In this document: positions 30,201 through 38,118 of the stretch, in pieces
How positions within the stretch are numbered: the stretch's first letter is position 1
How the letters are laid out: the number at the start of each line of letters is the position of its first letter
Source of the DNA: Candidatus Melainabacteria bacterium
GTDB taxonomy: Bacteria; Cyanobacteriota; Vampirovibrionia; 2-02-FULL-35-15
Length of the DNA stretch: 49,510 nucleotides
Direction: 5' to 3'
Assembly (NCBI GenBank): GCA_023250205.1
Contig: JAHFBE010000004.1
Coordinates: forward strand, 4,359-53,868
Notes under the pieces: model-generated
What the model was told of the DNA's origin: nothing
What the model saw: the letters and a program-made list of their open reading frames with translations, nothing else
Database searches by the model: none
Position numbers and translations under genes: made by a program

Positions 30201-33200
30201 TCCAGGACTTGAGAATTTGTCTGGTATATAAACTATAATTTGATTTTTATTTACGGAGTTTTTAGTAATTATCTGATTATCAATGGTTACATTTGTATTT
30301 TGATCAAAATTATCTCCGTTAATTGTAAGTATCCTCTTATTTCCTTCCAGAGAAATGTTATTAGGGCTTATTGAATAAAGTTTTGGACCACTGTTGTTTG
30401 TAAATATCACATCATTTACATAAAGTAAGTCATTTGGATTTCCATTAAAACTTATTTTTAGTTCATGTAATCCGCTTGAAAGAGTTCTTGTATCCAGATT
30501 TTCCCAGGATAGAGTTTGACTTGTTTGTACAAAGCTTCTGCTAATAAGGTTTCCATCAATCCAGAAATCCACATAGTTCCAATCTGGAGTTCCTGATTTG
30601 TAGTGAGATAAATTGAGTGAGGTTTTCACATCATAAGTATTATCCAGGCAAAATGGAGTACTTACTGAACCTGAACCCTGAATAGTTGCAGAAGGTGAAC
30701 TTAAGAAAGTATTGTTTCCACTAAGTACTGTAGTAGAGTCACTTCCCCAGTATGTTTGCGGCAATGTTTTCTTTAAGTTACAGACATTGCTTTGATTTGC
30801 CTTTGCTGTGTAGTAAGAAATGTTTGATTGGGAGCCGTCAGAATTTAAAACCGATATTGATTTTCCTCCTAAATACTGAACGAGGTTAGCTGGTATTCTT
30901 ATGTAGATTGTATTTGCATCATTTGCAAATGGTGTAAGTAAGTATCCATCAAAATAAACTCGAGATGTTTCTCTAAAATTATTTCCGTTAATTCTTAAGT
31001 CAAATGCTCCTCGACCAGCAGTTCCTTCTGTTGGGAAAATTGAAGAGATTTGTGGCTGAACTGTTTTTGTAAATGTAAAATATCCGGATGTCCAGGTTCC
31101 TGAAGCTAATTCATTTCCAGAATTATCTGTTGGTCTAAATTCTACTTTTATCCTTGGATTTGTAGTTGTGCTTGTAAATGATATTCCAGCGCCTGCCCAC
31201 CATTGTATTGAACCTGCAAGCTTTGAATCTACGTAAACATTTGTCTTTGTCCATTTTGCAAAAGGAGTATTGGCAAGAGAACCTTTCCAGCCAAGTTCAA
31301 TGTATCCATCTCTTTCAGTAATAACATCCAGTGTTAATGAATTTGAGCTGCTTGGGCTAATTGTTACCCATGGATTTACTACATAGTTAAAGTTTGAGAT
31401 TTCAAACCCAGCAGTTTGTAGCTTTGTGATTTTTTGAGCAGAATTTGAAGCAGCTACACGGGTATTTAAAGAAGCTGCTTCAGTTTCTCCGCTCTTTTGT
31501 GGTGATTTTGTTTCACCAACAAAACCTCTTACAAAAAATCCTTGATTAATCAAATCTTGAATCTCCACGTCATTGCGAGGAGCCTCTAAAGGAGGCGACG
31601 TGGCAATCTCATAAGTGTTAGAACGCTCATGAGATTGCTTCGTCAGTTTTTCAAACTTCCTCGCAATGACATATGGGGTAAGTTCTTTTTTCTCCCCATA
31701 TTCCCTATTCCCTAAATCCCCAAATCCTTTTTCTACAAAATCACTTACAGCACTAGGTAAAGCAATTCTTTCTACTACCACACCAAGTTCATCTACATTT
31801 AAGCCAACATTAAACGTTATAGCAATTTCTTCATTTGTTTCTTGTTCTGCTGTTGAGCTGTTCCTTGCAATTTGATTTCCATTTGTATCTGTAGCTGATA
31901 GTTTTAATGTATATAATCCAGGAGGCAGATCTGCAGGAATGCTAATACTTTCTTCTAAGTATTGTTCATTTGTTATTGAGTTATCTTTGTTCTTACTTTC
32001 TAAATCAATTACTTTTTGCGTAATTATTTTTTCATCCAGCCCATATAACGTATAGCCAAAATTACTTAATCCAATATTATCTCTGACAAAACAGGACAGT
32101 CTAACTGCTCCACCAGGATTAACGGTCTTAGGCTCAATTGTTATTGGTCCAATTTCTGGTTTTTTGTTATCAGATGAAATGAATATATCAGTGACTTCTT
32201 TTATCATTGACTCAATTGCAGATTCAATTTCTTCTTTTGTATAAGTGTCATTCTGAGGAGCATCAGCGACGAAGAATCTCTTAACGTTAGTAGATTCTTC
32301 GCTATCGCTCAGAATGACATTATTTGAACGAAACAATGCTTCGTTGCTAACGCTCCTTGCAGTGGCATATTTAGCAATCTTTATAGAAGAAGCCTGTGCA
32401 AAGCCTACATTATTTTCATTATCTACGACAACTAAAGTTGGAGTAAAAGTACCTTCACTGTTATATGTATGCTTTGGTGAAATCTCTGTAGACTTTTCAC
32501 CATCACCAAAGTCCCATGTAAGAATTTGTAGTCCACCACCTGCTTTTGGATCATAACTTTCAGAAGCATCAAAATTTATCTCTAGTCCCGGTTCGCCAAT
32601 ATTTTTATCGCTTAGTATTTTAGCTATTGCAACAGGTGCTTGATCTGGTGTAATAGTATAAGTCTCCCCATAGAATCTAGTTTTTGTTCCATCTGATTTT
32701 TCTATTTCTAATATTGGTGTGTATTGTCCTGCTTTTGTAAAAGTATATTCAAATTCTTCATTTGTAGAGATTAGCTCATTATTCACTTCATCGGAAAGAT
32801 CAATCAAATTTCCATTTACATCCCATGTTCTAGCACTCCATATCCATTTGTATTGAAGAGGTGTATTAGGATTTTGCGGATCAAAGCTTCCAACAGCAGA
32901 TAGCTTTATCATTGCCTGACCAACAATACCGCTATCATTTCCTTCTAGCTTTGTTATTTGTCCGACTGGTGTATTATTTGCTCCAACAATAACATTTCCA
33001 ATATTTATTTTTTTAAGTCTGTTGTCAGGTGTAAACGCTGTTAATGATGCTAGATATACTCCGGGATCCTGATAGGTGTGTTTAATTATTCCTTGAGTAC
33101 TATCTATTATTTGAGAATTACCATCTCCAAAATCCAGCTTAATACTTACAGCTTTACCGTCATAATCCTGTGAACTGCTTCCATCAAAGGTAACTTCAAA

Positions 33201-34892
33201 AGGAGCATTTCCTGTCGTTTGATCTAACTTAGCATTTGCAAGTGGTTGTGGCTTTAAAACTATTGTTGAAATTGTTTTTGAGCTTTCTCCCCTGCGAGTA
33301 TCACTAACTGTAAGTTTTACATTATAGGTTCCTGAATCTTTGTATTCATGTTTTGGACTTACTTCGTTACTTGTTGTATTGTCACCAAAGTCCCAAGTAT
33401 ACGTAAGCTCTTCATTATCAGGATCATAAGTTCCATTACTTACAAATTGAACTTCACTGGTGAAAAACCCTTCCTTATTTTGTTTTAAAATACTTTCTTT
33501 TGGAACTGCTGCGATTTGAGTTATTGGTAAGTTGTTTGGTGGGAGTAGTGTAATTTTTGTAGAAGTGATGGTTGTCTTTGCTCCAAGGATATCGTTAACT
33601 ATAAGCTTTGGCTGATATTTACCTGGAATTGTGTATGTGTGAGATGGGTTTTGTTCAGTACTGGTTTGTCCATCACCAAATTCCCAATAGTAGGATATTT
33701 CATCATTCTCTTTATCACTAACATTTGCAGTAAATGTAATACTAAGTGGAACATCTCCCTTTGTTTCATTTAATATAAAGACTCCTTCGGGAGCAAAGTT
33801 CTTTTCTCTTATTTCGATTTCTTTTGTAATAGCAGAAGTTTTTCCATAAGCATTTACTACATTTAAACGGGCTATGTATTTCCCCGGTTTTTTATAAGTA
33901 TGAGATATTACGGGATCTGTAGAAGTATTCTGATTCTCTTCAGTTGAATTTTCTAAATCCCCCAAGTTCCAAGAATAACTAAGCGCTTGTCCAAAATATT
34001 TTGCTAGTAAATCCTCAGTAGTTCTTCCATCAAAAGTAATAATCTGTGGTGCTACTCCAATGCTTGGTGTTGCATTGATTTTTGCAATTGGAATTGGATT
34101 TACTACCATTACATTAAAGCCTTTGCTTACCCCACCTAAAGGAGGTGGATTTGCTACAAAGATTTCAAAATTATTTTCTTTATTTAAATAGTTTGCTGGA
34201 ATAGTGGTAATCAACTTATTTGGTGAAACATATTTGGTTTGGATTTTCAGTGTTCCTATTGAAGCAACTGAATCTTGTACAAAATTGTCACCTTCTAAAC
34301 TTACATCAATAGATCCTCCGTTTTGTGATATTGGTAAGAGGTTGGGAGATATAAGTCCAAGAAGAGGTATTCCATTAAACACTTTATATGAAACATTATC
34401 GCTGGTAAGTTTAAGAGCTTCACCAGTAAATGAAGTAAGAGAATAGCTTGCAGGGAGTGAGGTAAGTCTAATTGCTTCAGCAGTTTGTGATATAGAGTAG
34501 CTTACAGGATTAGAGGACAGTTGAATAGCAGATGCAAGGTCTATAGTGCTATAGCTTACAGGATTGGAAGAAAGCTGAATAGCGGATGCAAGATTTGTAA
34601 TATTAAAGCTTACTGGTAAAGAACTTGATTGAATTGCTGTTGGGGATAAAGAAGTATCAAAGCTTACTGGTTTGGACTGAACTATTGAAAGGTTAAAGTC
34701 ATTTGTTGTTTGGGCTTTAGAAGGCAAGAATGAAAACGGATCAAGAAATAGAAATTTCAAACACAGGAAAAGAAGAAATACTTTTCTAAACATGAAACTA
34801 TATTTCTTAAAGTATCTTGTTAAGAAATAAGCTGAAACTCCGAAGCGCTTTCCTCTTGTTATTATTATTTCAAGGTAGAAATGTCTTTTCAT
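24276..34892 (-). CDS. Giant secreted/surface protein with ~10 PKD and ~3 IPT/TIG Ig-like domains and a distinct C-terminal region
   Basis: Repeated Y.W.FGDG...H.Y..PG.Y motifs and P.I.SI.P...I.G.NF motifs. A signal peptide follows the alternative start ATG 34793 (MFRKVFLLF...PSKA-Q). About six N-terminal AIQLSSNPVSY-type repeats. Confidence 0.88.
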   Translation of the reverse strand: MKRHFYLEIIITRGKRFGVSAYFLTRYFKKYSFMFRKVFLLFLCLKFLFLDPFSFLPSKAQTTNDFNLSIVQSKPVSFDTSLSPTAIQSSSLPVSFNITNLASAIQLSSNPVSYSTIDLASAIQLSSNPVSYSISQTAEAIRLTSLPASYSLTSFTGEALKLTSDNVSYKVFNGIPLLGLISPNLLPISQNGGSIDVSLEGDNFVQDSVASIGTLKIQTKYVSPNKLITTIPANYLNKENNFEIFVANPPPLGGVSKGFNVMVVNPIPIAKINATPSIGVAPQIITFDGRTTEDLLAKYFGQALSYSWNLGDLENSTEENQNTSTDPVISHTYKKPGKYIARLNVVNAYGKTSAITKEIEIREKNFAPEGVFILNETKGDVPLSITFTANVSDKENDEISYYWEFGDGQTSTEQNPSHTYTIPGKYQPKLIVNDILGAKTTITSTKITLLPPNNLPITQIAAVPKESILKQNKEGFFTSEVQFVSNGTYDPDNEELTYTWDFGDNTTSNEVSPKHEYKDSGTYNVKLTVSDTRRGESSKTISTIVLKPQPLANAKLDQTTGNAPFEVTFDGSSSQDYDGKAVSIKLDFGDGNSQIIDSTQGIIKHTYQDPGVYLASLTAFTPDNRLKKINIGNVIVGANNTPVGQITKLEGNDSGIVGQAMIKLSAVGSFDPQNPNTPLQYKWIWSARTWDVNGNLIDLSDEVNNELISTNEEFEYTFTKAGQYTPILEIEKSDGTKTRFYGETYTITPDQAPVAIAKILSDKNIGEPGLEINFDASESYDPKAGGGLQILTWDFGDGEKSTEISPKHTYNSEGTFTPTLVVVDNENNVGFAQASSIKIAKYATARSVSNEALFRSNNVILSDSEESTNVKRFFVADAPQNDTYTKEEIESAIESMIKEVTDIFISSDNKKPEIGPITIEPKTVNPGGAVRLSCFVRDNIGLSNFGYTLYGLDEKIITQKVIDLESKNKDNSITNEQYLEESISIPADLPPGLYTLKLSATDTNGNQIARNSSTAEQETNEEIAITFNVGLNVDELGVVVERIALPSAVSDFVEKGFGDLGNREYGEKKELTPYVIARKFEKLTKQSHERSNTYEIATSPPLEAPRNDVEIQDLINQGFFVRGFVGETKSPQKSGETEAASLNTRVAASNSAQKITKLQTAGFEISNFNYVVNPWVTISPSSSNSLTLDVITERDGYIELGWKGSLANTPFAKWTKTNVYVDSKLAGSIQWWAGAGISFTSTTTNPRIKVEFRPTDNSGNELASGTWTSGYFTFTKTVQPQISSIFPTEGTAGRGAFDLRINGNNFRETSRVYFDGYLLTPFANDANTIYIRIPANLVQYLGGKSISVLNSDGSQSNISYYTAKANQSNVCNLKKTLPQTYWGSDSTTVLSGNNTFLSSPSATIQGSGSVSTPFCLDNTYDVKTSLNLSHYKSGTPDWNYVDFWIDGNLISRSFVQTSQTLSWENLDTRTLSSGLHELKISFNGNPNDLLYVNDVIFTNNSGPKLYSISPNNISLEGNKRILTINGDNFDQNTNVTIDNQIITKNSVNKNQIIVYIPDKFSSPGAKLVQLHGNGKDSSILSLAVTDDFKLVDSSFKITPIQPFPGNSFDVELKVKGNNPNATYTAYIAVFDPDGKLLTAINNSNNFSTTTINGVKDSNGDTFFKDSIPLNLQSKNGNCKVIATVQRNSSIGEEFTSIEALKYLAARSILSEYSDTLIPASHRLTFTPKPAVGTIFGIEENSSDNVGFVQVGNKVIQDGHSIKYKVQISTGQEYSSNLRYNFKSGDGRESLAIANDNYTFTYQNTNKSLTTPQIANPQVDLFWNENGVQTKIGTYNGPTVFIYPNYNPIAKAKVSGDTFTTTPPLFTTFVDLDSYDPNQRFSSALDFVDSKLNNWKLFELRFNQDSQLVSLPIDGKVSEDGKSFYSGSLFTPGSYFATLTVKDKAGLTDTASTESVTLTKPSQRVIVFATTNPSDKKVYDPNVIAGSNSDEVIPSGTAGIPVRFKSDVKVLGGHVQSQTYKWDFGDESCKGNSLPDDCTSPNPTHYYFDNNKSFNGSPYTDRKSVTPKLTVSTVFRSGQKETWEASAGTITFNAEPNFVLLDVRPEQASGIVPLTVNLMIDNETAKAVNATVSKYELDWGDSVIASPFASLRVNSSEESHIELENITLDQLLTKTFTHTYTTPGTYTPKLTVYIEESIRKFVFNVPEITVAGTGTSGVYLLDDLSDVSFTNQSIVTFMVLTSFANPDDPNNSLKIKVRDEDENETTTELDQTSENQTISLSEGINTYYFETVDSSDELFMSEEREIIVDTEAPLLNIESPNENDLILPENKLLISGTIEDKQFHSISYRINENNSFKELYEDDIEELDNGKKAFSIVIDPNTLDSPLSKVEINVKDRAGNITSDEININDNRQIKLLSNVSNNDVQIIYNDGQPHNFKQGEPFELVIKSKICDDDDLPVSDSETPFELQVNDLSKLQFGTKEILLNGKGAYPPINSNTISNSGTLGDIDGCSSNTYDVYESFILNRTLSNELFDINANSPDPTLYWTIGQYNFSHTITSTDTSRSHFGTTLENYSTQLTNNFIINITRDYNAKISALKPQNLLWNKLNNITFNLNLYDSIPIKDQDHLPRLGQAYIQTPTGERDNVTVSCNYQPNILSPTRELAANCSFSYTPKELTKDSSSYTLTLPISFSPDSGNLTDSWSSYLANFKDIKSNPEVAVEIIQPEEYTVIQSSKTLIKSILDKAKLPVDLQALSTDKIKNLAKYGIRFGSDDVIRIVTSSNNNDSVIKGIMASSLNEDTVSFEYNLNFNLSTENNFKDAFENLSAIGPIFLYNEITTLSPSVSTFPTESYAEPQELILLDKPVVKGALKTNSKTNTKVLNLTIKNNIPSYGPKGKRFPLELVVEPKDESGMILGNLGEFNTSVLIPKGQQSKTKKIENLPPETTEALVTLNRSDDFLNFVQDKLNKNKFNFNILNGQFKTVSTVPIFDPSVQITFCNLEPNAASISQSIDFNYALKSTKSAYVSINGKKPDGTIDKSIPLPVEFKDKTDWAQSGIISFTLPQAWSIYTEVIFTLTSGGESDVCELKIGESSFFTESSNETDTINLPFVTNGTATISDDPILGVKGLSFSSNDKISLKDFKRLLKDLKLLSEDNNNGYDLETQEATYELLYTIDQLRCVLKDDNRESNLKAQITGSTLTCGISSTNYLEYISTSTKTNLPYIVSLINSANTLRTIGTISPQVNASGLSNSVLLNGLANAAAIGAGTLSAPDIAAIGLLGLVLYFTLSHAQLKSDTTDTTCTNVIGIIDRRFFIGKDLNNLDIKRTNTMVSISATNELFNTNLKVIEPFSHIPLQPGIFTGCIQNGQYNIHLQFNEQNTFSMTANVPQKTLLNLPSPIGNFWGGVFRKYGRFTTVDKVIQSRTILNSPEGDIQTILNPTGAGAYLTRLSLQPNINVSVSEIAEALRLYASGTFEAGKPSSKGILEPDRAEAFIDLVVNTFNTNLITNETFPLQFVLPNSQLNFDNPGEASSAILIDKLGQ
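28418..28470. repeat. In-frame half REP-like element inside a PKD domain (encodes VIASPFASLRVNSSEES)
   Basis: Minus strand reads TGTCATTGCGAG-CCCATTCGCTTCGCTCAGGGTAAACT-CTAGCGAAGAATCTC. Confidence 0.8.
31569..31670. repeat. In-frame full REP-like element (102 bp) in the giant gene (encodes VIARKFEKLTKQS...EIATSPPLEAPRND)
   Basis: GTCATTGCGAGGAGCCTCTAAAGGAGGCGACGTGGCAATCTC...GAGATTGCTTCGTC...TCCTCGCAATGAC; arms nearly identical to 488..588. Confidence 0.92.
32247..32318. repeat. In-frame REP-like element, CTG variant (72 bp; encodes VILSDSEES...RFFVADAPQND)
   Basis: GTCATTCTGAGGAGCATCAGCGACGAAGAATCT...AGATTCTTCGCTATCGCTCAGAATGAC. Confidence 0.88.
32334..32366. repeat. Eroded in-frame half element (encodes ATARSVSNEAL)
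   Basis: CAATGCTTCGTTGCTAACGCTCCTTGCAGTGGC matches the reverse complement of the 21981 left arm at 27/33 positions. Confidence 0.65.
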
Positions 34893-34950
34893 AGCTTTTT
34901 CCTATAGGTTGCCTGGGTATCTATTCTGGTATAGCCAATAGTGTTAGACA

Positions 34951-37191
34951 CTACAGGCTATTTTCTAAGCGTGTTCCCCAGATATAAATTTTCTTATTAT
35001 TGTTTTGACCAAGTCCACCAATAATAAGTGTTTTACTTTGATTATCCTGGTTTGTATCGCTAATTACAGAGAACTTTTGCCAGGTGGTGGTTACGCTTGC
35101 ATTTGTGTATGCAAAGTTAGTTGGATTATTGCTTGCAAATTGTCCTGCAGCACTACAGCTTGCATCACTGCATGTAGGTCCAATTCCAATCGGGATATTT
35201 GCAGTTCCTGAATCTGTTCTCATCCAGACTGTAAATTTACTTTTCCAGGACCATGGTGCAATATTTGGTAAGTAAATAGCATCATTTATGGGACCAAAAT
35301 TTATTGATGTTGCATCAGTTACGTTGTTGTCAGGATCTATAGCTGTACCACTTATTATTTGAGTGTTACTGTAATCGCTTGCATATGTGTGTTTCCATCC
35401 AGCATATCTAGAAAAATCAAATCTTGCCAAAATAGGAATTTTGTTGATATTTGTTGCTGCGCCTGAAGCACCAATTGAAGGAAGGTTTACTTCATTTCTT
35501 TTTATTGCACTTATTGGTGGTTCTGGAGGGATCTGATCTATTACTAGAGGAGCTACACCTGGTAAATATACTCCTGGAGCTGGAATAAATGGATCAGTTT
35601 CAGCTTTAATTACTTTGCTACTTCCTGCTTCTATGTTTATAGGAATGGAAGCTATTCCATTTACTAGTTTTGCAGAGTTGTTAGTATTAGTGGTGCTTCC
35701 ATCGGAATTCACACTTAGTAATTTTACAGTTGTTCCATCAGGAATATTTTCTCCATTTACTTCAACGGTTCTGTCCCCTGCATATGTGTAATCAAGTTTT
35801 AAATCAGGAAGAGTAGCATCGCCCTTTGGGTTAGCAATTAAATTCCCTGCGATTTTTGTAATTAAAAGATTTGCAACTTTTACAAGGTTACTTGACTTAT
35901 CAGCATGAAGAACCTGATTCGTTACAGATAGTATTCTGTTACTCTCTGCAATATAGAGATTATTATATTTGTCTACAAAGATTGCTATAGGTGATTGAAG
36001 AGAAATTGCTCTTGGAGATTTTGGTTGACCATAAATCAATGTTTCAGTTCTACCGCCTGCGGCAGTGGTAATTAATTTGTTGTCGTTTAATATTCTTCTT
36101 ATCCTATTTGTTGAATTATCAGCGAAGTAAACATCTCCATTTTTATCAGTAGTTAAAAAATTAGAGGCATAAACTCCTGCATATGCACTCTTAGCAAGTC
36201 CACCATCTCCAATATCAGTAGAGCTTCCGCTTCCATCCCCTACAAATGATTGCTCTATAAAGGTTCCATCATTATTTGTATTTGGAACCAGTTGCTTAAT
36301 AAAGAATGACCACTTTGAATTCTGGTAATCATTTATCCCTACAAATACTGTTCCACTGTGATCAAAAGTCAATCCTTTTATAGAGAAATTTGAGGATTCG
36401 TCAGGGTTGAGAAGATATTTTGGATTAAGACCTAATTGTTTAAAAGTATTACTTGCACCAAAAAGTTCACTAGTTGAAAAAAGAGAATCAATCCTAAATA
36501 TAGTTACACTGCTTGATAGTCCACCACTGAGATTAGGAAGACTTGATTTTCCATAAGCATAAATATATTTATCATGGTCTGTACTTAAATTAGTTAACGT
36601 AATTGCTGGAGTATAGTTACTCTGGTTACTTGAAGCAAATTGATCTTCAAATTTTAAAACTTCTTTTATAGTACCGTCTTTTAATGAAGCTTTAAGTAAT
36701 CTGGGATCGCTTGGAAGGATATTGTTGTAAGGTTCACCAGGTCTATTAAGTGTAAGGATATAGATGTTTCCATACTTATCAAAGGTAAAATCAATAAATT
36801 GACTTAAACTTGCATCTGCAAATTTTACAGTGGTAGAGTAATTTACAATATCATTACTTTTTGGTTTACCAATTACTTTATAGATCTTTCCATCAAGGAT
36901 GTTAATCCTGGCGATAACTCTGAGAACAGGATCAAAGAAATAGATATTTTCTTCCTGTGGGTCAAGCTGAATTGACTGAAACCCACCGATATAAGAATCC
37001 TCTTTTTTTAAACCACTTGAATAAATAGTGTAATAGTCTCCTCCACCCGCTTTTGCAAAGAGGGAAACTTGTGGTGATAAAACGGTTTGTGCATAAGCTT
37101 TTGGCACTAAGCAAAAACTTATGGACGAAATAATATAAGAGAATATTAGAACTAATGCGACCTTAGCATTTACTGTGTACTGTACTTTCAT
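34951..37191 (-). CDS. Secreted NHL-repeat beta-propeller protein with a C-terminal jelly-roll/CBM-like domain
   Basis: Signal peptide ending AYA-Q; GGAG SD; NHL-type motifs (FDKYGNIYI, GDGGLAKSA, DKNGDVYFAD..NRIRRI); C-terminal VTTTWQKFSV...IYIWG. Confidence 0.8.
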   Translation of the reverse strand: MKVQYTVNAKVALVLIFSYIISSISFCLVPKAYAQTVLSPQVSLFAKAGGGDYYTIYSSGLKKEDSYIGGFQSIQLDPQEENIYFFDPVLRVIARINILDGKIYKVIGKPKSNDIVNYSTTVKFADASLSQFIDFTFDKYGNIYILTLNRPGEPYNNILPSDPRLLKASLKDGTIKEVLKFEDQFASSNQSNYTPAITLTNLSTDHDKYIYAYGKSSLPNLSGGLSSSVTIFRIDSLFSTSELFGASNTFKQLGLNPKYLLNPDESSNFSIKGLTFDHSGTVFVGINDYQNSKWSFFIKQLVPNTNNDGTFIEQSFVGDGSGSSTDIGDGGLAKSAYAGVYASNFLTTDKNGDVYFADNSTNRIRRILNDNKLITTAAGGRTETLIYGQPKSPRAISLQSPIAIFVDKYNNLYIAESNRILSVTNQVLHADKSSNLVKVANLLITKIAGNLIANPKGDATLPDLKLDYTYAGDRTVEVNGENIPDGTTVKLLSVNSDGSTTNTNNSAKLVNGIASIPINIEAGSSKVIKAETDPFIPAPGVYLPGVAPLVIDQIPPEPPISAIKRNEVNLPSIGASGAATNINKIPILARFDFSRYAGWKHTYASDYSNTQIISGTAIDPDNNVTDATSINFGPINDAIYLPNIAPWSWKSKFTVWMRTDSGTANIPIGIGPTCSDASCSAAGQFASNNPTNFAYTNASVTTTWQKFSVISDTNQDNQSKTLIIGGLGQNNNKKIYIWGTRLENSL

Positions 37192-37422
37192 TGATTTGGC
37201 TCCTTGATGTGATTTTCTAAAAAAGCTAATTTGCTTTAAGGACTAATTCAATCAAATGGTTTAAGCTTTCCACAATAAGGAAAAGTATTAGGCGTGTAAT
37301 CACGAAATATATATGCTGAGAATTTTTATTTCTACCTGAAAGTTAATTCTTTTGAACAATAATTTTTTACAACTAAATGTAAATCAAAATTCTCTTAATC
37401 CAATTACCGATAAACACCTGAA

Positions 37423-37441
37423 ATATAACCGACGGTTACAT
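37423..37441. promoter_or_regulatory. Palindrome ATATAACC-GAC-GGTTACAT (operator candidate, 1 mismatch)
   Basis: Matches the palindromes at 10601 and 37499. Confidence 0.55.
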
Positions 37442-37498
37442 GAATCTTTTTATTTTTTTAATTATTTAAAATATGTTTTTGGGAAAATATTTTGAATA

Positions 37499-37517
37499 AT
37501 GTAACCCACGGTTACAT
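37499..37517. promoter_or_regulatory. Palindrome ATGTAACC-CAC-GGTTACAT (operator candidate)
   Basis: Perfect 8-bp arms identical to those at 10601; ends 36 nt upstream of the RAYT ATG. Confidence 0.6.
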
Positions 37518-37553
37518 GTGTGTGAAAACAAAAATTGTAAAATAAAAATTATT

Positions 37554-38102
37554 ATGAAATATAATCCTGAAATTCATCATCGCAGATCAATTCGATTGAA
37601 AAATTATGATTATTCACAAAATGGTTATTATTTTGTCACAATTTGTACGCAAAACAGGCAATGTTATTTTGTGCAAGAATGTGTCATAAAAATGATAGAA
37701 AAATGGTGGTATGAATTGCCAAATAAATTTTCAAATGTTCAAACAGATGAATCTATTGTAATGCCGGATCATTTCCATGGAATTATTGTGATTACCGATT
37801 CCGTAGGGGCAGACCCGTGTGTCTGCCCAAATATAAAATGGGACAAACACATTGGTTTGGAAACATCGGGCAAACACATTGGTTTGCCCCTACAATCAAT
37901 TGTTCAATGGTTTAAAACAATGACCACAAATGAATATATTAGAAACGTGAAAAATCTAAAATGGAAACCATTTGATAGAAAATTGTGGCAACGTAATTAT
38001 TATGAACATATTGTTCGGGATGAAAAAGAATTATATAGAATCAGGCAATATATTAAAAACAACCCAATAGAATATTTGCGTAAGAATAAAGATGATATGT
38101 GA
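37554..38102 (+). CDS. REP-associated tyrosine transposase (RAYT / Y1 HUH, IS200-like)
   Basis: HHRRSIRLKNYDYS, YFVTICT, HUH motif MPDHFHGII, WQRNYYEHIVR and catalytic Tyr in YIKNNP. Start placed at MKYNP (ATG 37554). Confidence 0.9.
   Translation: MKYNPEIHHRRSIRLKNYDYSQNGYYFVTICTQNRQCYFVQECVIKMIEKWWYELPNKFSNVQTDESIVMPDHFHGIIVITDSVGADPCVCPNIKWDKHIGLETSGKHIGLPLQSIVQWFKTMTTNEYIRNVKNLKWKPFDRKLWQRNYYEHIVRDEKELYRIRQYIKNNPIEYLRKNKDDM
37803..37893. repeat. Inverted pair of GTAG-type REPs embedded in the RAYT coding sequence
   Basis: GTAGGGGCAGACCCGTGTGTCTGCCC ... GGGCAAACACATTGGTTTGCCCCTAC, plus a partial extra arm at 37840-37860. Confidence 0.85.
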
Positions 38103-38118
38103 TAAAATATTTTTTATT

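Noticed and set aside
24019-35275. Numerous 60-107-aa + strand ORFs opposite the giant gene and its neighbours, and similar shadow ORFs elsewhere (e.g. 2071, 9333, 23056, 44386, 48848)
   Set aside because: They are antisense or off-frame shadows of well-supported genes, with Ser/Leu/Phe-biased composition and no motifs.
24276-37191. RHS/YD or teneurin-like toxin
   Set aside because: No YD repeats or DPxG cleavage motif; only NHL and Ig-like domains are visible.
37554-38102. Y1 transposase as an IS200/IS605 element with tnpB
   Set aside because: No tnpB and no subterminal IS hairpins were seen; the motifs and GTAG REPs fit the RAYT class.
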